The position numbers were made by a program, and so were the translations under genes. From the NCBI GenBank assembly GCA_964019335.1, contig OZ025684.1, forward strand, positions 1 through 64,000: DNA of 64,000 nucleotides, written 5' to 3'. Under the pieces are notes generated by a model. That model ran no database searches, was not told where the DNA came from, and was given only the letters and a program-made list of their open reading frames with translations. The DNA is from Diplonema japonicum (taxonomy: Eukaryota > Protista > Euglenozoa: Diplonemea). Shown piece by piece: positions 9,396-18,954 of the stretch. Every line of letters begins with the position of its first letter. Position 1 is the stretch's first letter.

Positions 9396-11738
9396 CTACT
9401 CCTCGCTTTTCTGCTCATGTTCTTCTTCTTTGAAAGTGTTCTCCTGAGTCTTCCACATCTCATGGTACAAGCCTTTCGACAGCATGAGGTCTTGGTGCTT
9501 CCCCATCTCTGCGATAGTCCCCTCTTTCAACACGACGATGAGATCTGAGTCCTGTATTGTGGACAACCTATGAGCGATGACCAAAAGGGTACGGCCTGCA
9601 AGGCACTGCAACACTTCCAGGATTTCCTTCTCCGTGTTGGAGTCAAGTGCAGAGGTTGCCTCGTCTAAGACAATAATTGGTGGGTTTTTTAATAAGCACC
9701 TCGCGATGGCCACACGCTGTTTCTCACCCCCTGACAGCCTCAAGCCCCTTTCCCCTACAACTGTGTCCCAACCAGATGGCAGTCTGTCGATCACAGGCAT
9801 CAGCTGTGCATCTTTCGCTGCTTGCAACATCTCCTCCTCAGTCGCGTCAGGGTCGCCATACATGATGTTTTCTTTTATCGTTGTGTTGAACAACGTCGTG
9901 TCCTGTGGCACGATGCCTAATGCGCAACGCACGCTCCTCTGCTGCAGCTTTGACACATCCTGACCGTTAATCCTCAGCACGCCTGTGTCCAGGTTATAGA
10001 AACGGAACAAGAGGCGCGAGAGCGTCGTCTTCCCGCACCCTGTATGACCAACGAGAGCGACTTTCTGCCCTGCCGCCGCTGTGAATGTAATGTCTTTGAT
10101 ACCCTTACCAGCGTCGGCGGAGGGATACTTGAAACTTATGCCCTCAAAGCTGACATCGACACCTTGTGTAGGTATAATACTGCTGCACCTGCTTGCAGGT
10201 TGTTCGACTCGCTGCATCAGCTCTACGTTCTCGTCGTCTTCATCACTCTCATCGCAAACATTGACTGCGTGGGTAGGCCCCAAGGACCCAGGAAGGGCCA
10301 ACGGTACGGCACCTGGGATGTCCTTCACGTCAGGCTGCTCAGATAGCAGTTCTGCTAGGTGCTGCATATTAACAAAGGCCATGACGACAGAGTTATACAG
10401 AGAGCCCATGAAGGATAGTGGCGCAAACAGCTGCATTACAAACGCGTTCATCGCAACAAAATCACCGATAGAAAGGCTTCCGTTATACACAGAAGTGGCT
10501 GTGATGAACATGCACGACCCACGGCATAGCTGGATGATCATGGACTGCGCAAAGTTCAGCCCAGAAAGCGTCAGCTGGTTGGTTACACCGTACTTCTGGT
10601 ACTCTTGAACAGACGTAAGGAAAGACTCACGCTCTCGATGCTCAGCGGTGAAATACTTTACTGTCTCGAAGTTAACCAGCGATTCGGTCGTCTTGTTGTG
10701 GTAGTCGTTGTCGTGCTGATTCATCCCTTCGCGCAGCGTCCGCCGCCATGTCGTGAGGAAGTACGTGGTAATCATGTACAAGTTGAACGATAGCATGCAA
10801 ATTCCGGTTACAGTGGGTTCTGAAAAGTGATGGTAAAAGATTATGAACGTGGCGATGCATTCCCCAATCGTGGGCAGAAAGAACAAGAACAAGTACGACA
10901 CCACTGAGTCGGCAGCAGCGGTTCCCCTGTCCATATAGCGTACAACGTCGCCCATCTTCTTTCGCAGGTGCCACTCCAGTGACAGCGAGTGCACATGGCT
11001 AAAAACCTTTTCGGACATTTCAATAAAGGCAGTCTGCTTCACTTTCACGTAAATCGAACTCTGCAGCTGCGGGAGTCCTTTTGCTGCTAAGGACAGGAGG
11101 ATGTAAAGGATTATTTTCCCGTACGGCTTTTCAGGCTTTCCCAAGTCTGTAATAATGAGACCCATGATGAGAGGGGTATATAAATTGCAAACCTTCGTCC
11201 CAATGATGCAAGCCCAGGTGAGCAGCACTCGCACCCTGTTCATGAACCCCTTGGGGGTAAAGTAAGGCTGCAGGATTACGCGAATAGCCTTGAAAGTCGG
11301 GATGGCCTTTCTCTCGCTGCCGAGTGCCCACGGCGACATGGCGAACTGCAATGCAGCTGAAAAGAATGCCACCAGCAGGATGGTAACCGAAGTACCAGGG
11401 GCAGCCTTCCAGTTAAACATCACAACCTTGCTGACATACAGTGCAATACTGACAGCAAGCGTGCAATAGTAGACAGAGCGCATTTCTTTGTACATCGCAC
11501 CCAAAGCGATCGCGTTCTTTAGAAGACCAATAATCATGAGGTCGAATGTGCTCAGCCTCGGATTCTCTTCCATCTTGTCACTGCTTAAGCCCCATAACAA
11601 CGGTACCAAGATGCTCTCCAACACAGCACATGCCACTATGATTGCTATCGCTCGCCTATCAGGTGCAATCTTGACCGTCTTTGCATCATCAGTCTTGGTT
11701 CCCATTCTCCTCCCACCACCACCGCCACCACCACGCAT
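9396..11738 (-). CDS. ABCB half transporter, HMT1/ABCB6/ATM-like, with an N-terminal hydrophobic extension
   Basis: TMD with SLEWHLRKKMG and ESLVNFETVKYF; NBD with GHTGCGKTT, VPQD, LSGGEKQR, VLDEATS, IAHRLST. ATG at 11738 (or 11705) after an upstream AG; the ORF-track start at 11849 overlaps the next gene. Confidence 0.92.
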   Translation of the reverse strand: MRGGGGGGGRRMGTKTDDAKTVKIAPDRRAIAIIVACAVLESILVPLLWGLSSDKMEENPRLSTFDLMIIGLLKNAIALGAMYKEMRSVYYCTLAVSIALYVSKVVMFNWKAAPGTSVTILLVAFFSAALQFAMSPWALGSERKAIPTFKAIRVILQPYFTPKGFMNRVRVLLTWACIIGTKVCNLYTPLIMGLIITDLGKPEKPYGKIILYILLSLAAKGLPQLQSSIYVKVKQTAFIEMSEKVFSHVHSLSLEWHLRKKMGDVVRYMDRGTAAADSVVSYLFLFFLPTIGECIATFIIFYHHFSEPTVTGICMLSFNLYMITTYFLTTWRRTLREGMNQHDNDYHNKTTESLVNFETVKYFTAEHRERESFLTSVQEYQKYGVTNQLTLSGLNFAQSMIIQLCRGSCMFITATSVYNGSLSIGDFVAMNAFVMQLFAPLSFMGSLYNSVVMAFVNMQHLAELLSEQPDVKDIPGAVPLALPGSLGPTHAVNVCDESDEDDENVELMQRVEQPASRCSSIIPTQGVDVSFEGISFKYPSADAGKGIKDITFTAAAGQKVALVGHTGCGKTTLSRLLFRFYNLDTGVLRINGQDVSKLQQRSVRCALGIVPQDTTLFNTTIKENIMYGDPDATEEEMLQAAKDAQLMPVIDRLPSGWDTVVGERGLRLSGGEKQRVAIARCLLKNPPIIVLDEATSALDSNTEKEILEVLQCLAGRTLLVIAHRLSTIQDSDLIVVLKEGTIAEMGKHQDLMLSKGLYHEMWKTQENTFKEEEHEQKSEE

Positions 11739-11824
11739 TTTATTTTTCTTGCTCTGTAAGTATTCTAGTGTCCTAAAGGGGATGCAAAGGATTTCACAAT
11801 AAACTTGGAACTGGAGTTTCTTGG

Positions 11825-13018
11825 TCAACACAGCGCGCAAAACAGGCATTTATTAGGCTTGCTCAGTACCTTGCGTGTTTTCTCAGGCACCCCGCTACGC
11901 TCCAGAAAGTCGCTTCCGATGTCCGTCATGTCAGTATTCCTCAGGTTGACAACTGTCAATGAAGAACATAAATAAAGAAATTTATCCCCCACTGACCTGA
12001 TCTTGCGCATCTGGCTGAAGTTGACGGAGGTCAGGGACGTGTCGTATGCTAGGAAACGATCCCCGATTGACCTAACCTGCTGAAAAGGCAGGTGTACTGA
12101 TTGCAAGGAACGGCAACATGATAAGAAGTCGAAGCTAATTGCTGTGATGCCTCGCAGGGGGTGCAGATCGATGGCTCGTAAAGAAGAACAGCCTGACATG
12201 AAACCACCTTGCACGCATGATACGTTCTTTAGTGCCGATAGATTCACTTCTACCAAGCTTTCACACCCAAACAAAAACCAAGAGCTAACTTGAGAGATGT
12301 CCCGCAGCGGGGCTAAGTCTATTGTTCGCAAAGAAACACATTGAAAAAGAAATCCCGAGCCAACTGTAGAAACACGCCGCAAAGGTCGAAGGTCTACAGT
12401 TTCGAGCGACTCGCAACAGCCTAGAAACGAAGACCCTATATCGACAACGTCTTTCAAGGGATCCATGTCGATGGTCTCAAGTGAATTACAGTTGTAAAGA
12501 AAATTGTTCCCTATAGAACGCAACCTCAGGGAGGAAAGATTCACGGTGAGTAGGGAAGTGCACCCCGACAAGAATGAATCGCCGACACGGCTCACGCACT
12601 GCTCTTGATCAGTGAACCGCAGGTGCCGAACGTTTAATTGCTTCAAAAACCGTGTGCAGTCGCTCAGCACATCACCAGGAGACACCACCACCTCTAGCTC
12701 TGCGTCCGGCTGATTCCACAGCGATTGTTTGATGTCATCCAGCCGTTCCCCTAGCACCCTCAATGGAACGATCATCGCGTTCGCGGTCCACGTTTCACTA
12801 AAAACCATCACAACTTCGCACCCATGTCCCATCGCAATCTGCTGTATCTCCTGTTTTTCATCATCAAGCACAGCCCCTTCGAACAGCAATCGAAATGTCT
12901 CTTCAACCCCGGCAGCAGAAGCGGCCTTCCCGTACAAGGCCTTTACTGTCTCGCTACCGTTGAGCTCAACCTCGTGCGTAACATTCGCAGGTGTTCTAAT
13001 ACACGCAGTGATGCTCAT
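11825..13018 (-). CDS. Ubiquitin-like domain plus BspA-type leucine-rich repeat protein
   Basis: N-terminal Ubl-like (ETVKAL..FRLLFEGAVLDD); about 10 repeats of xIGxxFLxxCxSLxxVDLxPL. ATG MSITAC at 13018. Confidence 0.85.
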   Translation of the reverse strand: MSITACIRTPANVTHEVELNGSETVKALYGKAASAAGVEETFRLLFEGAVLDDEKQEIQQIAMGHGCEVVMVFSETWTANAMIVPLRVLGERLDDIKQSLWNQPDAELEVVVSPGDVLSDCTRFLKQLNVRHLRFTDQEQCVSRVGDSFLSGCTSLLTVNLSSLRLRSIGNNFLYNCNSLETIDMDPLKDVVDIGSSFLGCCESLETVDLRPLRRVSTVGSGFLFQCVSLRTIDLAPLRDISQVSSWFLFGCESLVEVNLSALKNVSCVQGGFMSGCSSLRAIDLHPLRGITAISFDFLSCCRSLQSVHLPFQQVRSIGDRFLAYDTSLTSVNFSQMRKIRSVGDKFLYLCSSLTVVNLRNTDMTDIGSDFLERSGVPEKTRKVLSKPNKCLFCALC

Positions 13019-13290
13019 GTGTGTTAAGCTGTGCAACTGGGGCCGTGTAAAAAGGTATTTGACCAAAAGGCAAAACAATGGAAATGGTTCTTGATTCCTG
13101 CTTACTGCAACTGCAGTCACGCAAGGTCAGTTGCGAAAGCGACTCCTCTTCTTTTGATTCAGATACGCCTCTTTGGCTCTACCCATGGATTGATGCTGCT
13201 ATTTTGAAAGTATTTCTTAAAGCTTTTCAAAAAAAAAGAAAAGCCGCGGACAAATATAAATTAACTGACCATATGTATGAATAGCAGGTG

Positions 13291-13986
13291 TTAAAAAAAG
13301 CCGACATGCGCACGCAGCAATTGCAGAACTGCGTCATGCCCATTGCGTTCAGCATATGACATAGGGGTCAGACAGCCAGCTTGTATATTCGGATCAGCAT
13401 TGTGCGCCAGCAGTATCCGCACAACGTCAATTCGGTTAGCAGCGGCAGCACGATGCAAAGCAGTGTGGCCACCGTACAACTCACGCTGCGCATTGATGTC
13501 GGCCAAATCCCTCTTGAGGAGAAGGTCCACACATTTTGAGAGACCAGCAACAGCGGCCTCTACAAGCACTTCTGTCATCTGTTCCCTGTCTCGGCACAGA
13601 TCCGCATCGCACATCACTTCTAGCACCTTGAAGTACTTCTCATCTCTTTCCGTCAATTCCTCCGAACTTCTCTTTCCCAAATAACGCAAGTCATGCACAA
13701 GTCCAACTGTCCATTGTCCGGTGTTCCACCCAAACTTTTTCACGAAATACAGCGCTTTGTGTTTATGGCTTACAACTAATTGCAATACACTTTGGTCCGT
13801 AAAAGGGTAGTCGCACACCCTTCTGTCATCTTCCAATTCTTCACCTTCAAATTCAAGTGCAAAAGTATTCATCTCCCAACCCGCTAAGATAATAATTCTG
13901 CTTTTCAAGAATCGTATTGTGTCCTTTCCTAGAGCTGACACGCTCAGTGTGCCGGAGGGCAGCTCAACCTGCAGCGTGACGGACAT
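13291..13986 (-). CDS. Ubiquitin-like domain plus ankyrin repeat protein
   Basis: DTIRFLKSRI..LEFEGEELEDDRRVCDY (Ubl); GHTALHRAA..VVRILLAHNADPN and TPMSYA..GH (ankyrin). Confidence 0.88.
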   Translation of the reverse strand: MSVTLQVELPSGTLSVSALGKDTIRFLKSRIIILAGWEMNTFALEFEGEELEDDRRVCDYPFTDQSVLQLVVSHKHKALYFVKKFGWNTGQWTVGLVHDLRYLGKRSSEELTERDEKYFKVLEVMCDADLCRDREQMTEVLVEAAVAGLSKCVDLLLKRDLADINAQRELYGGHTALHRAAAANRIDVVRILLAHNADPNIQAGCLTPMSYAERNGHDAVLQLLRAHVGFF

Positions 13987-14123
13987 TTCACCTATTGGAG
14001 CGGTGGGGCTATATTACTAATGCGAATAAATAACGGCCGTCATGGAAATCCGAAGAATCAAGGACTGAGCAGGTAGTGAAACCGGCATAGAGCGAAAGAA
14101 GGACAAGTTACAATACAGGTTGC

Positions 14124-14540
14124 TTAAACCGGTAGGCAATTGTTGTAGTAGCTGCCGCATTGAGACGAGCTTGGACAGCACCAGGTAGAGCCGCCGTTGT
14201 TGCAGCAAGTGGAGTCACCTGGACAACACTGACCCGGAGCGTCTGCGTACATGCAGCAGGTGCTCCCTGCTTCGCAGCAAAAGGCATCGGAGCTAGCACC
14301 AGGACCGCCACCCCCACAGCATGTTTCGCCGGCTGTGCGGTTACATTGTGTTGCGGCTAAGTAGTGCTCGCAGCACTCAAATGAAGAGTTTGTGATGCAC
14401 GAAGGAAACATTGTGCCGTATCCACAGCAGGCGATCTTCTCAGAACAGTTCACTCCTGCGCTTCCACCAGCACCAGGGCAGTTGTTCGCGCCTAAGACAG
14501 CTAGCCCGCAGACCAGCACACCTAATGCCAACTTCATCAT
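14124..14540 (-). CDS. Small secreted cysteine-rich protein with repeated CC motifs
   Basis: Signal peptide MMKLALGVLVCGLAVLGA; about 22 Cys in the mature part, eight as CC pairs. Confidence 0.8.
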   Translation of the reverse strand: MMKLALGVLVCGLAVLGANNCPGAGGSAGVNCSEKIACCGYGTMFPSCITNSSFECCEHYLAATQCNRTAGETCCGGGGPGASSDAFCCEAGSTCCMYADAPGQCCPGDSTCCNNGGSTWCCPSSSQCGSYYNNCLPV

Positions 14541-17500
14541 CTTATCCTATATAAGGTGAGCAGTGGTGTTGACGAAATGGAAAGATTCAGGTAGACAGGG
14601 GGGGGGGGGGGGGGGGCAATAAGAAAGTGAATTAGGTTACAAAAAACACTTAAAAAAAGGGGTGTTTACGGGGGGGTGGGGGTCACAGTTCTTTTTTGAT
14701 TTCGCTTTAAATTAACTCTGTTCCTTTATTAAATTTTATATGTGCCACGACATCTTAAAAAAAAAGAGAATAGTTCATAAACACGCTCGGTCGGATCAAT
14801 TTACTCCTTCTTTTCCCACCTATCTGCTTTGCGTACAAACAAGGGGCTTCAGTTTTATTTTCAAAAAGCCAAAAAACACACCTCCTCACCAACTGTTAGG
14901 AGCTCTGTAGATAAAACAGATAAAAGGACTGATGCGTGCAACTATGAAAAAAAAGGGGGGGTAAGAAAAAAAGGAACTGGCCGTTGATCAACCCTTAAAC
15001 CACGTTCCCCTTTGTTTAAATGAATCAAAAAGACCCGTTCCTAAAATATTTTGCGCCTCATATCTCTTAAACCCGTTTAGCACCCCCCTTGTACTCCGAC
15101 TGACACATAGAAAATTGCTAAGAGCAGCCGCAATGAACTCTCTTCAATGATTGAACGCTCGGTCTGCTTTTTCTGACACTGTGCATCTTCTGGAGTAGAA
15201 TGTTGGAAAGAATCCTCTCCCGGGAATTGAACCTAACGGGGTTCTCGAAAAAGTGCCTACTATCAAAAAACCACTTCGGGCACCTTGCCACGAGAGTGTT
15301 AGGGGTGAACACAAGGATTAAAAATAGTTATTATCATAGGGTGGGAGACCCGATAAGAAATAGTTAAATCTTCCTTGTAGTTTCATTTCTCTTTTCCTTT
15401 CTTCTCTTTAGTTTGTAATAAAATGTAAAGTTCTTTTGTTTTAACCCATAGCACTCCAAGGCACAAATATTTGTCGTTTTGAAAAATCATTTTTTTCTCT
15501 AAGTACTTTTCCGTCCCCCTGACCCCTGGGGAGTTATTTTCAACTGCATTTCATGCTGCTCTGCATCACTTTACCTTGCTATCCACCCACCAAGTGGGTC
15601 TCAATCCGAGTAGATAGGCTAAAAACGCAAATAACGGGTGTGCAGACTGTGTCCAAAAAACGCAAAAGTACAGCCAAAACAACTACGGACGAGGGGTTAA
15701 ATGCTGCCATTTCCCCCCTCTAATTATGAAAAGGTGCAAAAAAGGGACCCCCTCGTCGATAGGCCTGGAGTGTTATGGGTTAAAAGGATAAATATGAACT
15801 CGTCCGGGAAAATTCTGGAACTAAAAAAATTGTGGACATTCTTTTTCCGGACGAGCTCATATAAAAAACAAAACAAAAAAAAACACACATAGTTTTTCTT
15901 GTAATACATATTTCTGTGGTCAAGTATTCGCGTCTTTAATCAGTTGCCATGTTCTGCATGACAAAGCGAATAACTGACCATGTGGGAAAGTAAGCAAAAA
16001 GATGATTTCTAAACACTACATCTTTTCGATCCTTACTCACCGCACAAATAGTAAGGTGATAGAAGCGGGGGGGGGGGGGGGGGGTTTGATTAATGGGCAC
16101 ATTCCCTCCATGAGGCGATCTGCATGAGGGGTTTGTACTACGGGGGAAGGAAAAAAAAAAGTATGAATACAATAAACCATCAATTTCTTTTTTTTTTTCT
16201 CCTTCTCCGCTAGAAAATTAAAGGCACCGTGCTCTGAGTGGCTGTTGCACCAAGATCCTTCCCATCTCAACATTCTCTAAGATCCGAAGGGGTGATCAGG
16301 TTGGTGCGTCGGATAAGGGTAAAAAAAAAGAAAAAAAGGACATAGGCCTCTTTGAACGCCTATGGAAACATCAACTTGATTACAGGAGGGCCTAGCCGAG
16401 TAGCGGCTCTCGACTAACCAAGATTCTGTGTTCGTGCAATTGCCTCCTCTAGCCAGGAGCCCATTCAAAAAAATATGAGAGATAAGAGAGAACACCAAAA
16501 AGATTCTGTTACTTATGTCTTGTTCACAGGGAGGTTGGCTAGGGGGGGACTCAAAAAAAAGAAGAAATAAAGAAAAGGAGACAATTTCTATTCTCCCTTT
16601 AGCTCCTGCAGAATAGAAAAAAGAGTGAATCTCACCCCCCAAAAAAAAAGCTTAAGAGCTTTCTCCTTGTAAAGGGTGGGATTCAAGTTTACAACTTAGG
16701 GAAATCTTCCCTTGCTGTAATATTCCCGAACCTCTTCGTCTCCACCATCACCCTTCCCAAGGAAGTCTTTCACCACCCCCGGATCCTCGCTTGCGTACTG
16801 ATTCTTTTTAAAAATGAGAAAAAAGTACAGCAAAAAAAAAAAAAAAAAGAACACATTGAAATAACAAAAAACTGAACTAAACAAAAAGAAAGTATCAATC
16901 TCCCTGCTTTGGCTCTCTTTTTCTCGTCTTGTCGTCTCCCTTTCTGGGGTCCCTATGGGGTCCCCTTATTAAGTATAAACTCTCTAGGAGACGAAGGACA
17001 AAAAAAAAAGGGCTCAATTCAGGTTTTTGCACCTAAACGCAGAACCCTGAAAGAAGAAAAGAAAACCTTAAATTCGTAAATAATACCACTCGAGCACTTT
17101 GAGTACGACGTTGCCGATTCTTTTAATGAGCAACCGTCAAAGGCAAAGAATGGTTTGAGTGCACACGACAAACAGCTTTCTCAACAGTCGTCCAAAACTG
17201 CCAGACTGTGCTTAGTCTTGTTCTTTTTACGAATAGAGTGTAATCCCTTTTCTCTTTTAGTAATTTGGGCACTTCAGATTCTCACGCTTCGTCATGCTGC
17301 CTCTAGACGGAGAGACTCTCTCGGTCATGAAGGCAGCAAACAAAAAAGATACGAAAAAAGGAGTCGCAGGAAAGGAGAAATCGATGTTCCAAGACACTGT
17401 CAAAAAAGGAGATTTGAGTAAATCGACCACTCTTGAACTAGTAGAATGGAAATGGCACCATCCCTTGTCCTTTTCCTCGGGGCAGGGGTGCTGTTGGGCA

Positions 17501-18091
17501 CCGAACAGAGATTTATATACACCCTAGTAGAAAAAAATATAAACCTTGGATTCGTCGAGGGTGACATATAAACCCCTGGCACCGAAGCAACGGCCCATCG
17601 AAAAAAAAGAAGAAGCATAGCTTTTAACCGTGCTAAAATGCAAATTAAAAATAATTTAACACCAACCGGCCATAATGACCAGTTACCTCAGGGCAGTCCT
17701 CCTGTTAAACTACGTCTCACAGAGCCTGATCCCTTGGCTAAAAAGAAACGGAAGTGAGAAACATAGAAAGAAGGGGTACAACATTTCTCCAACTGCGCCG
17801 TTTGTGGTGTTACCTGGGTCAGTTACTGTCTCCAGTAAGCCAACGACGTCCTTTACAGCAGCACCTCCCAGCGGTGGCAGCTTTTACAACACAACAACAT
17901 TCAGCATGACAAAAATAAAATTTTGCCTCCGGAAAGGTAGAAAAATTATGTCCTCGTTTTCGGAATACTTAAAATAAAAAAAGAGACATTTAAGGGTAAA
18001 CCTGCGGTATGTGGCAGGACGCCTTAAAGGTAACGGTAAAACTTAAAAAAGAATCAAGACTAAAAACTCAAAGTACAGGACAAGCCCCCCG

Positions 18092-18672
18092 CTAGGGGAC
18101 CGCCCTATGGGAGGGAGGTCTGATACTCCCCTTCTGGAGCATTGCTTTCATCCCGATCGAGGCCGTGACCGTCTTGCGGAGTCGAGTGATGCTGTCTCGC
18201 TTGTAGGCGGCTTTCAATGCCATCAGCTTGTCGTGCGTGGCGAAAATGGGCCTACTGGAGAAGCCAATAGCTGCCGTACCTCCATGGCGATGAGGGACTT
18301 CTGCTGGGAAGCGTCGCTTCTTCCGTGCCCTGCATGCTGCGTCTATTTTTACGATGAGGGCCTTGATTCTGCGTGCCCTATCTTCCAGCAGGCCCCCCAA
18401 TGACGTACCGGTCGTCCATTCGAAGTCAATGGCCAGCTCCACCGCCGACACCTCCGAGGTTCTCCACCCAACGCTATGTGTAACAACCTTCGCAGACCGT
18501 CCTGTGCCAGCTCTTCCGGTGCACGGTCATAGAGTTGATGGCGGAGTGAGGCTACCGTGTCCGGGTGTGGAGACTCACACAGGTCGCACCTGAACCCTTG
18601 TGCGCGTGATACTTCCGTTGTTGGGACTTGGACCCATGCATATTCTTTTGAAGTATGCATTTTTGCACTCAC
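18092..18672 (-). pseudogene. Decayed 3' fragment of a divergent APE-type LINE related to the elements at 52.6-63.6 kb
   Basis: SAVELAIDFEWTTGTSLGG..RRFPAE..AAIGFSSRPIFA aligns by eye with STVELALDFGNVTGKTLGG..RAFPAE..AVIGWNRRAIFA. CDLC..LRHQLY resembles the CCHC knuckle CDIC..LEHALWEC. Split across two frames. Confidence 0.75.
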
Positions 18673-18954
18673 TGGCCGAGCGGAGCTTAGTCCCTGTTCT
18701 GGAGGCTCTAGCGGGCTCCAACTAGCTTGTCGGGGTCTGCGACAGATATCTGTTCTGCAACCCTTCGATGCTGCTCATCAGCCTCCTTGCCATATAAAAG
18801 GAAAGAAACGGAAAGGAAAGGATCTTAAGAAAGACAACAGAGTCCTTCAAAGACAAAATGATCAAAGCCAAATGCATAAGAAGGAAAAGAGGAGTGCCGC
18901 GAAGGACACGTATCGCAATGGAGGGATCGGTTCCCTGTTTTAATATTTGAACAC

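Noticed and set aside
15215-15240. B-box-like GGTTCAATTCC on the minus strand (also GTTCGAATCC near 63919-63928) as tRNA or SINE
   Set aside because: No A box or cloverleaf could be built; tRNAscan-SE would be decisive.
15100-18000. Short ORFs and faint RT-like words (PQGS near 15520, GDPIG near 16955) in AT-rich intergenic DNA
   Set aside because: Too short and unconnected to support a call; possibly very old TE debris.
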